Assembly: GCA_000388065.2 (NCBI GenBank)
Contig: KB932206.1
DNA length: 64,000 nucleotides
From: Fonticula alba ATCC 38817
Taxonomy: Eukaryota; Protista; Nucleariida
Direction: 5' to 3' (one strand)
Shown here: one piece after another, positions 24,385 to 37,202 of the stretch
Position numbering within the stretch: the first letter of the stretch is position 1
How the letters are laid out: each line of letters begins with the position of its first letter
Translations under genes and position numbers: made by a program
Notes under the pieces: generated by a model
What the model was told of the DNA's origin: nothing
What the model saw: only the letters and a program-made list of their open reading frames with translations
The model's database searches: none

Positions 24385-25365
24385 ATGCCCTCTCCCTCTT
24401 CCCGGAAGGTTGCCTCCCCGTACGGCAACCTAGAGACCATGACCAAGAACGAGCTGATTGCCGTTGTCAGCGAGATCAACCCCTTCCCCCCGCAGCAGCT
24501 GTACCGGCTGCGGAACACGCGTCGCCGGACGCTGATCACCATGATCGAGAGCCACATCCAGGGCCAGCCGGTGGCCTTCCCGGTGACCCCGAGCACCCCG
24601 AACAGCTCGGCCGCCAAGGAGGCCGCCAGCCCGGGCACCCCGGCCAGCCCGGCCGCCACCGGTGTCCTGACTGGCGCCTCGGCCGGTAGCATCCTGGCCG
24701 CCTCGCCGCACCTTTTCTCCGCCCCGGCCGTTGCCTCGCCGGCCAGCAAGGGCTCCAGCCCGGCTAAGGGGCCCGGCTCATCTGTGGCCCAATCCTCGCC
24801 CGCGGTCCAGTCCCCGTTCGCCACCAAGGCCACCGGCAGCACCGCCGCCGCCGCCGCCGCCGCCAGCAGCACCCCCTCCCGGGCGCGCGAGCAGGACGAG
24901 CAGGAGGAGGTGTCCTCGGTGGTCAAGGTCGCTCGCCAGCTGAGCCGCGTGGCGGCGGCCGCGGCGGCCGAGCTCACCGGCTCCGGCTCCGACTCCGGCT
25001 CCGGGTCCTCCTCTTTCTGCACCGAGTCCGGCGGTTCGGCCACCGAGACCGAGTCGGAGGTCTTCTCGGAGAGCGACCTCTCCGGCACCGAGAGCGACGC
25101 CTCGGTCGACAGCCTGACCTCGCCGCTGCCCTCGCGCGGGGTCCGCACCCACGTCCTCCACGGGGGCACCCCCTTCCTCAATGAGTCGACCTTCGACGTG
25201 GGCCGGCGCGCGACCACTCGGTCCTCCTCGCGCCGCCACGGGGCGGCCATCGCCACTCCGGCCGCCCCGGCCCTCGGCCTCGGGCGCATTCACCTTGCCA
25301 TTGCCGTCATCGAGGTGGTGATCATCCTCTTCCGCAGCCTTTCCACTGCCTCGGCCCCGGATGTC
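24385..25365 (+). CDS. Hypothetical protein, HeH/LEM-like N-terminus, S/T-P-rich disordered region and hydrophobic segment; 3' end lost in gap 25392-26242
   Basis: Coding-like codon usage over about 327 codons. N-terminal ETMTKNELIAVVSEIN...RRRTLITMIESHI, and hydrophobic IHLAIAVIEVVIILF just before a GTGCGT donor. Confidence 0.65.
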
Positions 25366-27592
25366 GTGCGTACATCCCCCCTCCCCCCCCCNNNNNNNNN
25401 NNNNNNNNNNNNNNNNNNNNNNNNNNNNNNNNNNNNNNNNNNNNNNNNNNNNNNNNNNNNNNNNNNNNNNNNNNNNNNNNNNNNNNNNNNNNNNNNNNNN
25501 NNNNNNNNNNNNNNNNNNNNNNNNNNNNNNNNNNNNNNNNNNNNNNNNNNNNNNNNNNNNNNNNNNNNNNNNNNNNNNNNNNNNNNNNNNNNNNNNNNNN
25601 NNNNNNNNNNNNNNNNNNNNNNNNNNNNNNNNNNNNNNNNNNNNNNNNNNNNNNNNNNNNNNNNNNNNNNNNNNNNNNNNNNNNNNNNNNNNNNNNNNNN
25701 NNNNNNNNNNNNNNNNNNNNNNNNNNNNNNNNNNNNNNNNNNNNNNNNNNNNNNNNNNNNNNNNNNNNNNNNNNNNNNNNNNNNNNNNNNNNNNNNNNNN
25801 NNNNNNNNNNNNNNNNNNNNNNNNNNNNNNNNNNNNNNNNNNNNNNNNNNNNNNNNNNNNNNNNNNNNNNNNNNNNNNNNNNNNNNNNNNNNNNNNNNNN
25901 NNNNNNNNNNNNNNNNNNNNNNNNNNNNNNNNNNNNNNNNNNNNNNNNNNNNNNNNNNNNNNNNNNNNNNNNNNNNNNNNNNNNNNNNNNNNNNNNNNNN
26001 NNNNNNNNNNNNNNNNNNNNNNNNNNNNNNNNNNNNNNNNNNNNNNNNNNNNNNNNNNNNNNNNNNNNNNNNNNNNNNNNNNNNNNNNNNNNNNNNNNNN
26101 NNNNNNNNNNNNNNNNNNNNNNNNNNNNNNNNNNNNNNNNNNNNNNNNNNNNNNNNNNNNNNNNNNNNNNNNNNNNNNNNNNNNNNNNNNNNNNNNNNNN
26201 NNNNNNNNNNNNNNNNNNNNNNNNNNNNNNNNNNNNNNNNNNGGGGGGGGGGGGCACGATCGACACCAGTGCGTGCACATGTATGCGCACACCGATCCAC
26301 CATGGGAACATCGATGTGTGTTCTCCTTCCTCCTCTTCCTTGTGCGGCCGCCGACCATTCTCCCCCATCCTCCTCCCTATTTTTATACAAACGGGGCGCG
26401 CCTCTCCCCCTCAGGCCATGCCGCCCTTTCGTCCTCCTTCCCCTCCCCTCTCCCCCGTACTTTTCCCTACAAAATACAATAATATCCAACGACACACACG
26501 CACGCGCGCATGCAAGGGCGAGCGACGGAAACACCCTTCCAGCGAGCTGCAAAAAAAAAAAAAGGCACGGGGCTGTGGAGGAGTTCGCGCGAAACGCGCC
26601 CAGCACGACCCGGAATCCCACACGATCCCGATCCCGTCGTCCCCCCCCCCCGCCCCCACACCGTTGGGTTTCCCTCCCTTTGGCGCGCGGAATGTCAGCT
26701 GAGCGGTCCATTGTGGGATCTCGTGATCCGACACGCCGGCGCTCCGTGGTCGTCCGTGGCTTGAGATCCCTCCCGGGGCCGGATCCCGGCGGGCGACATG
26801 CGCGGCCGTGTCGCCGGGGGTTTGCGCCTCGCGGGGGGGGGGGGAGGGCGGTACGCGCACGGCAAGAGGATTGTCCCTCCCCTCTTCAGGCAGCACCCCG
26901 GACTTGGGGGCTGCCCCGCGCAGCTCCTTGCGCCACAGCCATTTGTCTCTTTTGTATCGACTTTGTCGAGGGCGCGCCGCCGTGTATCAATGAGCGTCTA
27001 GCGACGATGCACGCCTGCCGACACCCACATTACCCCCCCCTTCCACCCCCTCTTGCACCTTGCGCCCGGAACGCCGCCTTCTGCACCGCCCTGGCGAGCC
27101 TCCCCGGCCCACCTCGCCTCCTTCTGTCCTCCCTCTCCGCTCGCCGTGCCCCCGCTCTTGCCTCTTGCTTCCTGTCGTTCGGCTCTTGGGTCGACGCTCC
27201 GGCGCGGCGCGGGAAACCTCTCGAGGGCTCCCGCGCTGCTTTCATCGCCCGGTCAGCGGAAAGCGATGTGGAAGCCACGGGTCAAGGGAGGGGGCGCGAG
27301 GGCGGATTTCATTTGGAGGATCGACGGAGCGCGGGGGGGCCGGCCTGGCTCCCCCCCATGGGTGTGCGTGCGTTAGTCGGCCCCGGGCCAGGGGAGAGGG
27401 CGGTAATTTTTGCACCGCCTCTCGGGCGGCCTCTTCCCTCCCCCTCGCGCCCTCCCTCCCCTCATCCATCCTGATTTGTCTCTCAACACTCGCACACATC
27501 TCTCGCCGAAAAAAGTAATTGAATTCATCGGGGGGGGGGGGGGGGCGGTCTTCTCTTCTTTTTTTATTTTATTTTCCCCGACCGAGAGGGAG

Positions 27593-29483
27593 CTACGGCA
27601 AGGATGTAGGTGGTCCGGCAGCAGGAGGGGCATCAACAGGCGAGTCATCGCCGGGAGACTCAGCTGGCGGTGGTGGTGCACTCGACTCGGGAGGGGCTTC
27701 CTGGGAGGAGAGCTTGACTGTGGCGCGGAAGAGTCGCATCCACGAGAATTCTAGGGCCTTGATGGCGGTAGATTGCGATCGAACCAGCCGCGCGCGCGAC
27801 GTGTCCACCTGCTGTCCAGCAGCGGAGGTGCTGTCACTCGCCAGCCCGTCGTCTAGCAAGGCTTTCAAAAGGTCCAGATTGGCGTTGCTGCAAAGGGGCG
27901 GAAGGCTGATCAGAGAAGGTGCAGGAAACATGGTGGAGCTGGAGGGGAGGGGGGGGGGGGCAATATGGGCAGGAAGGTCGCTTCATCTATCCGTTCAGGA
28001 CAATCACCGAGGTGTGCCGAGTGGCCGGCAACAGCGGCCGAAGGGAGAAACGGGAGGGGGGGGGGGGGGGAGGGGAGGACACCCACACCCACGCGCGCGA
28101 CCCACATGCCGGTTCACCCGGGCGAGCCCAAAGTTGCCCACACAAGGCAGGGCAGGGCAGGCCCAGGGGGAGTGGTGCCGGAGGGGCACAGGGGGGAACC
28201 CCGACGCGCACGCCCCTCGCCAAGTCTCCCTGTCGCGTTGCCGGCCAGCCGCGGCGCATCATCCAACACACAAGGCACTGGACACTCTCAACAGGTAAAA
28301 GGGCATAATCATTTGCGACGAGGGCGGGAGCAATGCCAAGTAGCCGGAGGCCGAAGGGCAGATGGTCACACAGGAGAAGCGTACAGTTCCCGGACGGTGT
28401 GCATGGTGGCGCGAAGCTCAACCAAGATGGCCAGTTCCGCGGGGCTGACGGGCAAAATGTGCCACATGGAGGGTGCACGGTGCAAGTCAGCGACAAGAAG
28501 ACCCGGCGAAGCCTCAAGGAATGATAGGGAGGTTGGAGTAGCAAGGAGGCAGAAGAGCCGAATGGAGGAAACCTTGACGGACCTCATTTGGTCGAATGGA
28601 TGGTCTTGGGCTTGCTCGGTGGCAGGGGCGACCGGGCCCGGTTCCGCGGCGGCGGACAGAGCACTGCCCGAGGCCGGGGCCTCGCCCAGGTGCATGTGCC
28701 GATCGCCGAGGAACTCCATGGACCGGGTGGCGAAATGCAGGGGGAGGGGAAAGGGAAAGCCGGGGGCGGGCGGGGGNNNNNNNNNNNNNNNNNNNNNNNN
28801 NNNNNNNNNNNNNNNNNNNNNNNNNNNNNNNNNNNNNNNNNNNNNNNNNNNNNNNNNNNNNNNNNNNNNNNNNNNNNNNNNNNNNNNNNNNNNNNNNNNN
28901 NNNNNNNNNNNNNNNNNNNNNNNNNNNNNNNNNNNNNNNNNNNNNNNNNNNNNNNNNNNNNNNNNNNNNNNNNNNNNNNNNNNNNNNNNNNNNNNNNNNN
29001 NNNNNNNNNNNNNNNNNNNGGAGAGGGAAGGCAAGCGAGGGAAAGTAATCGGGGCAAGGAGAACAGGGGGGAGAAAGGCCTCTTGCCCGTCAGGTCTGCG
29101 AGGCACACGCACACCGGAAACCCGCCTCACGTCCCCTTGGACCCTTCTTCGGGGGGCAGACCTCGGATCCCACATCATGTGACAGGATTGCCATTGCGCC
29201 CCGACCATGCCCTGCGGAGCGGAGGGGCCTGCCATTGAGCCGCGGGGGGCGGGGGGGGGGGTGCGCGGAGAGGCGAGACTCGGGGAGGCGAAGCCGCAGG
29301 CTCCGCACTAGACAGCCGTTCGAGTGCCCGGGCCCGACTGCACGGCGATGATATGCGCACGGGCAAGCGCAGGCGATGTTGAAGTCTATGGGGTATATTG
29401 GGAGGGGGGGGGGAGGGGGGAAGAAAGGACGCCACACGATACACGTGGCTCTGGACCAGGGAGGAGAGCAACTCAATGCACAT
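27593..29483 (-). CDS. Orphan multi-exon hypothetical protein; exon chain unresolved, interrupted by gap 28777-29019
   Basis: Coding-like segments with splice sites: MCIELLSSLVQSH (29483), ...DHPFDQM, SPAELAILVELRATMHTVRE, and a last exon NANLDLLKALLDDGL...AIKALEFSWMRLFRATVKL...PTSLP* (stop 27593-27595). Confidence 0.4.
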
Positions 29484-29563
29484 GACAGTGGCCCGGTGGG
29501 CTCCGGCAACCACGACAGGAGGGGGGAGGGGGGGAGGGAGCGGGGGGAGGAAGTGCTCGAGGC

Positions 29564-31925
29564 TTAGCAAAGCTTCGCCCGGTCGGCGGCCGCCACCTCG
29601 GTGACAATCTCACGGAAGCGGTCCAGCGGGCAGAGGGTCGGATCGCCGCCGAGCCCGGTGCCAGGGTGGAACTCGGAGATCGAGTCGGTGAAGCCATGAA
29701 GACGAGCGGCCTCCGCGCAGGCGGGAATGGCGATCGGGGTGTTGTTGTAGAGCATGCGCACAAAGCGAGTGGTCTTCTCGTCGGCGCTGTGCTTGTTGCC
29801 GGAGGCGCTGGCGGCCGCCTCGGCGGCCAGAGCAGCAGCCGCGGCGGCGGCAGACTGGGGCCATCGGGGAGGAGCGAGCGACCGAGCGACCGAGGAAGGG
29901 GGAGGGGGGGGGGAGAGATGGGGTGTTAGATGGACTCGGAGGCCGAGAGAGAGAGAGAGAGAGAGAGAGAAAAAACCCGAGGGAGGGCGGCCAGAGTGGA
30001 AAACGCCCCAGGCGGACGTACCCCCTCCAGGAGCGGCGCGGCGCCGGTGCCGCTGACGCGCGACGGGTCCGACGCCCGGCTGGAGGCCAGCTGGCCCAAG
30101 CGCGCCGGCGGGGTGACCTGCCGCTCGCGCAGCACCTCAAAGGTGACGAAGGCGCCGAAGTCCGGGCGGTCAGCCACCGGGCTGGTGGCGAAGGGCTGCT
30201 CCCGGGTGGCGGCCAGCTGCTCGGGAAGATCGCGCGCCGGCGCACCGCCCGGACCACGCAGGGCATCATACCCGCCGAGGGCCGCCAGCAGGGCCACCAG
30301 GCTGTCCTCCGTGCCGGAATACAGCGACAGCATCGGGGTCGAGTGGGTGGGAGCCGTGACGCCCGACCGGGCCAGAGCCGCCGGGGCCGAGGAGGCAGTC
30401 ACCGACCCCCGGTATTGGGCGCCCTCCTCCAGGGGAGTGAAGGAGAAGCCCGGGACCACGGCGGCCCCGGCAACGGCCACCGAGCCGGCCCCGTCCACCG
30501 GGAGCCGGCCAGCCTGGCGAGCCGCCTGCAGGGCGGCCTCGCGCGAGTCCAAAACCCGGCCCACATCATCCAGCAGGTCGCCGAGCAGCGGCCCGGCCGC
30601 CAGGCCAGCCAGGCTGGCATCGCGCGCCAGCACACCGGCCAGCGAGGCCTCGGTGGCGTAGTTCTCCAGCCGGGCAAAGGTCTCACCAAGGGGAGGCCCC
30701 TGCTTGCCGCGGCGGAAGGCCCCGGTCTTCTTGCCACGACGATCGACCACGCGGTCGTCATTCTCGAAGCCGGCACCGGTGGACAGGTGGCTGCTGGGCC
30801 GGGGCCGGAGCTCCCGCGGCAGGAGCTCATGCGCATGGCCCGAGGCCAGGCCCTGGAAGAGCTCGGTCACGGTGACCGCCCCGGGGGCCGCCTTGGAAGC
30901 CGGCACCACCGGCGTGTCGGGCGCCCGGAGGAAGGGCCCCACGCGCTCGGTCAGGAAGGCATTCTCCTCGGCGTACAGGGCATCCACGCGGGCCACGGCC
31001 TCGGCGAAGCCAGCGCGCAGGGCACGGCACCCGGCCATCTCCGGCACGAGGGTCTCGTCGACCGGATCGCGAATGACAATGTCCACCAGCGGGCGGTCGG
31101 TCGGGGGGCCGATCGGCTGGAGGACGGCCTCCGGGGCAGCCCGGCGCCGAGTGGCGCCCAGCTCCGACGGGTACAGCCCCTGCAGCAGGTGCACCGCCGA
31201 TTCGATGGCCTTCGGGTCGGACAGCGACCGGACCGACAGCGATCCCAGCTCATGGCGCTCCGGCAGGAAGCGCAGCCGGCGATCGGCGTACAGGTTGCGC
31301 AGCTGGTGCCCAAGTGTGCGCATGCCCATCCGGCCGCGGTCGGTCAGGGTGTCCGGCCGGCAGGTGGCCATCAGCTCCGACGTGCCGGCCATCGACCCGG
31401 AGGACACGTGCTCCTGCGCCGCCGAGAAGGCATCCGTCTCGGCCACGTCGCCGGCCGTGCGCAGCGAGGAGTTCACCACGCGGAAGGGCAGCGACGTGCC
31501 GCCGGGGATCGACCCGTTCAGGGTCTGCTGCAGGTCCAGGCGGAGATTGGCCACCGGCGAGCACTCCCGGCAGGAGGTGGACGACTCGTCGAGGAATCCG
31601 AAGGACTTGAAGAGGTCCTGATGGGGGCTGGGGAGTGCGGCGTGTGTATGCGTGTGTGTGAGAGAGAGAGAGAGAGAGGAGCGGGGGGGGGGGGGGGGGG
31701 GGGGAAACGGGACAGGGAAAGAGGAGGGGCAGAGCGGAGGGCGCAAGCCCGCGGCAACAATGAGGCCGGCGTGTACCTGAAGATGCCCTCACGATGCAGG
31801 AGCTGCACATACTCCAGCTGCAGGCTGGGCGGGTAGCGGCGAGTGAGGTCGATCTCGCGGAAGGAGTCGAGCGGGGCCTGGAGGGCCGCCGGACCCGTGG
31901 GGGGGGCCTGAATGGGATGGGACAT
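29564..31925 (-). CDS. Histidine acid phosphatase (branch 2, ACP6-like) fold protein with degenerate active site
   Basis: Exons 31925-31777, 31627-30022 and 29854-29564. Scaffold motifs are retained: YPPSLQLEYVQLLHR, LTDRGRMGMRTLGHQLRNLY, SVRS...ESAVHLLQGLYP, LSLYSG..SLVALLAALG, PDFGAFVTFEV, VRMLYNN...CPLDRF. Catalytic residues are substituted. Confidence 0.85.
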
Positions 31926-32325
31926 GGCGGAAGGGCAGGTGTAGGTGGAGGGGGGGGGAGAGAGGAAAATCGGGGGGGGGGCGGGGGGCGGCGCGGAGGA
32001 AAAGAGGTTGTAGAAGTCAGGAGCATAGCAAGCTGGGGACCGGCGACCAGCGGGGCACATGCGGAAAAGGGTGCCCTGTACACGTTTCCCCCGGAGCCTC
32101 GCGAAGCGCCAAAGGCTCCTATCGGCCTGGCAGCCTACGGGGCGCACTGGATGGGCCGGGCCCGGGAGGGTGCATGAAGCGTGGGCTCGCCCAGCTGGGC
32201 ACACCCTTTGGGTCGTCCGGCCTTGCCCCCCCCCCCCCGGCCCCCGCCTTCCCCGTTCCTGGGCCACCCTTCCCCTGGTTCTCAGGGCCGTGTTTCCCGC
32301 CCACGCGTTCCCTGGGAAGGCCACT

Positions 32326-32328
<3 letters not shown>

Positions 32329-32375
<47 letters not shown>
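32329..32375. repeat. (AG)n microsatellite
   Basis: Visible tandem repeat. Confidence 0.95.
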
Positions 32376-32376
<1 letters not shown>

Positions 32377-33741
32377 CACACTCGCGGGCTGGCCGCCAGG
32401 CCTAGACCACGCGAGTTCAGCGGACCCAGCCGCCAGCTGGAGGGACATTGCGCCGGACCGAAGGGAACGCGAACGCCGGTGGAGATGCCCCTGGCCAGGG
32501 AGAGGAGCAAGGGCTGGGGAAATCCCCTCTGCCCCCGGCCCTCGGGCGAGCCGGGGCCCGCGCGGGGACGGGGCGAAAGCGGGTGCCGGTGCACGATGGC
32601 GAGGTGTGAAAAGCCAGGGCGAGGGGGATTCAGTGCGCGGGCTTTTCGGCCGAAGGTCGGCCCATGAGCCATTTGGGCTCAAAGAGCGTGGTGGAAGCCC
32701 CCACCCGCGTCCTGAGGGCCGGTCCCGCCCTGCGGGAGGGGCGGGGCGGGGCGGGGGGAAGAGTCTTGTCCCTGCCGCACTCCCGGACGACCGACGGCAG
32801 CTGGCGCGAATGGTAAACAGACACATCGTTGTGGCATTCCCTGCGAGGAGATTAAGTACAGTTAATCCCCCGCTCGGCGTGTATCACGCTGGTCACCTGG
32901 TGTGCCCAAATAGGCAGGAAGCTCCGGGCCGCTCTGGGCGTGTGGCCGCCTCCGCCCCCCCCCCCCCCGATATCGCCCCGAGTGTGCTTCTGTGTGACGG
33001 TGTGCTCGCGGCCCCTGGGCACGCACGCTTGCCCCCCCGGAGGTGGCGAGAGTCCACAAGAGCACACTGGCCAGGGAGAGACGGACCTGGGTGCTGTTCC
33101 GGCCGGTGGGGGCACCCTTCCCGTTCCCCCCCCCCGGGGAAGGGGGGGCGGTCCGCCACGATCACGGCCAGGTCCGCAGATCTGGTTCGCCCGTCCCCCC
33201 CCCCCTTTGTTGTCACCAGTTCCGCGTAGGCTCACCTCCGAGGGCACCCACTGTCGGGGGCGGGGGGCAGGACACGGGAAGAACGACCGCAGCCCCCGGC
33301 CGGGTGGCGATCTATCCGGTTTCGCGCGGGTTGCCGGACGCATGGCTGCAACTTATTGGCTTCAGAGCCCATGCTCCTTCACCCCCCCCCCCCCCCCCCC
33401 CGGGCCTGTCCCATTCACCCGGGCCTGGGTGTGTAGGGGGGGGGGGGAAGACAAGACAATAATTCACCATCATATTTATTCCTCGCATCCTGAGAACCAG
33501 CCCTCTTTTTTTTTCCCTCGTCGGTCACCGCCTTGCTGTGCATGATCCGACGCGTGTGCGCGTGTATGCGCGCGCGCACCGGCGGCCGGGTGTGGCCGGG
33601 CCGGGGGGTCCTTTTCTTTTCAGCACCCAAAGGGCCCCAAGCGAGCTGCCCACACAGCCCGTCATGGTCCCTCCCACCCCACCCCTCTTCTTCTTTCTCC
33701 TCGTCCCCTCCCTCCCTGGTTTCCGTCCCCCTCCTGCCGCC

Positions 33742-34153
33742 ATGTCCTCTGCCATTTCGGCCTTCGAGCCGGTGCGGGCCCTGTCGACCCCGCCGCCCCT
33801 CTGCCGGTTCCACATCCCCCTGCCAAGTCCGATGCTCGTGCCGAAGGGTCTAATGCGGACCCTGCAAGACCCAGCCAGCTGGGAGACCTTCATGGAACGG
33901 CGCGCCTGCCTGGTGGAGCACATCGCTGCGCATCGGCGCACCGGGGCGCACACCCGCGCGCCCGGGCAACACAGCTATGACACGCTGATCAGCGTGCTGC
34001 AGGAGTACGAGCCGGATGCCGCCGGGCTGGGGATTGCCCTGCGGAAAATGCGCCAATCCGGCGACCTGCCCAAGATCGGTGCGCACGCGTGCACTTCCTG
34101 TTCTTTGCCCCCCTTGGTCTGGCGCCTCTGTTGTCGGCGTGTCCCCCCCCCCT

Positions 34154-34184
<31 letters not shown>

Positions 34185-34454
34185 GCAGCTGACTCTCTCC
34201 CTTTTCGCACCTGCCCCGCCCGACCTCGGGCTCTCATTCGCTCTTGCCTGGTAGACATCGCCTGGACGTGCTCCCTGACGACGGTCTTCGATAAGCCGGC
34301 CCCCAGCCCGCCGGACAACTCGTATCTCGATCACTACATGGTTCTCAGTGTGCGCCCTCCGACCCGTGGCGCGACAGCCCATTTGACACGCCAAGAAGTT
34401 AACACTCTCCCTCCCATCTCATGTGGTGTGCATGCGTGCATGCATACATATATG

Positions 34455-34486
<32 letters not shown>

Positions 34487-36305
34487 CTAGTGTCTGGCGT
34501 ACGCTCATATGAACGCCGCTGCCCAGGTGACCCAGCGCTCCGAGGGCATCACCGAGCATCTGGTCAAGGCGTGCCACTGTACGCGCTGACCTCCTTCTCC
34601 TCCCTCTGCCCGTGCCTCGGTGTCCCTGCTCCCCCGACGCTGGCAGGCCACCTTCCGAGTGGCCCCCATTGACTCACCCTCCTTCCCACACCCCCCTCCC
34701 TCTCTTCTGGGGCGCCCATCTGGATGCGCGGGCGGCAGTGCTCGCGGTGGCCGCCGGCATCTGGCGCCACCTCGACGGCATGCTGATGGTGGCACAAACG
34801 CCCGTCCGGCGAACGGCCGCCTCGGTCTACATGAAGGCCACCGGCCTGCCGGCCCCGGAGTCGGTGCTGGTGCACTCCTTCGCCAATCCGGTTGATGCGG
34901 GCGGCCCGACGTCCCTGATGACCTCGAGCACCATGCGCTCTGGCGACTCCAAGGCCTCGGCCCAGCGCCTGGCCCCGCTGGAGGCCGACTCGCCCTATGT
35001 CGCGCGCGGCATGGCGGCCCTGTGCGACGCCCAGTCCTCCGAGCTGATCGCCTATGTGGCCTACTCCCGGCGGAACATCAAGCTCGAGAACATCGCCAAG
35101 CTGGCCAAGGCGGCGGCCGATCACTACTCGGCTGCAGGCGTGCACTTCTCGCGCCTGGCGTGCGTTCACCCTCTTCCCCGGTCGCCCCCTTCGTTCCGGC
35201 GCCTTGCTTTCGCCATGCCGTCCTGGTGTGAATGCGATGGGGTGTGGCAGGCATATTATTAACCACGCTCGGCGTTTCTCCCTCTCTCTCTCTCTCTCTC
35301 TCCCCCCTCCCTCATGCCTGTTTGTGCATCCATGCGCATCGGCCTTTGTTTAGTAATGACTCGTCGCTGTTCTCGCATGAGCGAAACTTCCTCCGCCGAT
35401 ACATGCTGGCCTTCATCACGATCAAGTACAATCTGAACAGCGCCCTGACCGCACGCCTGCTGGCCGAAGTCTCATACAAGGTGTACGTCTCTTCCTTTCC
35501 CCTGTCCCTCTCAACGCCCCGGGGTCCTTCTCTCAATCGGCCGGCGCAACACCAGCAGCCGCCATCCCCCTCACTCTGGCTGTCTGCTCTCGGCCCTGAC
35601 CGCGCTCCTGCTCATGCCTATCTCCCCCCCCCCCCTTGCTCCGTCTCCCGCGCGTTCCTCCAGCAACATTGGCCTGTCGGTCGGATATCTACAAGTGGTG
35701 AACTCCTTTGCCAAGAAGGCTGCCGAGTCGCAAAAGGGCTCGGATATCCTGGTGCGTGCATGTTGCTCCCTGTTCGTGTGCGGCATATCTTCTCAGTGCA
35801 TCATCAGCCGCATCTGACACGAGACCCTTCTCCCTCTGTCTTTCTCCCCCCCCCCCTCCCTCCCTCTCGCTGCGCGGTGCCTCTCATGCAGAATGTCAGC
35901 CCCATCCCGGCCAACGATCTCTTCCTCAGCGGGCTGGACCTGTACATCCGGAGCGAGCTGTCCACGGCCTCGTCACTACTTGCCTCGTGCGTGCGGTCCC
36001 TGATGTGCATCGGCTTGGGCTTCCCCACTCCTCTCTCGTCACTCTGCTCACCTGATTATATCCTCCTCTTGCTGCCCCCCCCCCCCTTCATTTCCCCCCA
36101 CCCGGCCCCGCTTCCTTCTTCTTCCTCTCGGGACAGCCTCAAGCGCGAGAACGAGTTGGTTTACATGGTGGAGGTCCCCTCGGAGGAGGATCTCCCCTCC
36201 ACTGAGGGCACATCGATTGTCAAGACGGTGAACTTCGTCCCGACCGCGCCGCGCCCGTTCCCCGTGGAGACCATCAACTCCGGTGATGGGTGTTCGGTGA
36301 TGTAG
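33742..36305 (+). CDS. Bro1-domain protein ending in a CaaX motif (BROX-like)
   Basis: Eight exons join in consistent phases. Bro1-type segments: IAWTCSL, LAVAAGIW, MAALCDAQSSEL, NIGLSVGYLQ, LKRENELVYMVEVPS. The C-terminus is GCSVM*. Confidence 0.8.
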
Positions 36306-37202
36306 ATGCGCTTGCGCTTGTTCGTCCTACTCCCCTTCCTCTTCCTCCGCCTCCCACACCCTCCTCTCCCTCCTGCGGTGATCTCTGTCGTCTGAGCTTG
36401 GGCTCGCCCCCCCTCTTCTCCCCCAGGCGAGGAGGAGCCAGGAGCGGGGGGTCGGGTCCCTTCCACGAGCCGGTACACCTTCCTCAGGGATAGAATAGTG
36501 ATCAGACATGTGTGTGTGTGTGTGTGTGTGTGTGTTTTGGCATCCCTCCTCCTCTCCCTCCCTCTCCCTCCCCCTCTCCCCTTCGCTCTCTGCAGGCAGC
36601 TAGCAACTCATGAATAAAAGCGTGCGTAAACAAAGCGCTTCTCCTCGTCGTGTGTGCGCGCGTGCCCTCTCCTGCTTCCTTTTCCCTCCCTCTCTCTCCC
36701 TGCCTCGCCCCCTCTACCTCGCCCTCCGGACCGTGAAGGGAGTCTGGAGGCCGATCTGGAGACCAGCGGGTAATATATCCGGCCCACGTGATGTCCCGTT
36801 CTGCTGCCTGGACACAGCCCTTTCGGATCCGTCCACTTGGGGGCACTTGGGCGTGGGTGGGCCCCCGCGCGCCTATGATGTGTTCTCTGTCGCAGGGCCT
36901 CTGGGGGGAGGGGGGCGGGGGGCGGGGCGGGCGTCAAGCGCAGCTTTCGTGGTCATGTCTCCCTTGGTGGGGGGAGGGGGCTGAACGTGGCAGGCACCCG
37001 GGGAAATGGGGCATCTAATGCTCGCGGCCCCGGGCACGCTTCTCTTTTGTGACTTTGCTCACTTTCCCTGGCGGCCGAGGCCCTTTAAAAGAGGGCTGCC
37101 AGCTGGGCCGAGCCCGTCCGGGGGCTTGCGCGCGGTAGAAGATCTCTGTCTGCTCCTCCTTCTGTTGTTGCTCAGACCCTTCCCCCCTCCCCTCCTGTCA
37201 TC

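Noticed and set aside
32780-32930. Locally AT-richer island (MVNRHIVVAFPARRL...) between the pseudophosphatase and the Bro1 gene
   Set aside because: No recognisable RNA or protein motif and no consistent splice chain. It is probably promoter or UTR sequence.
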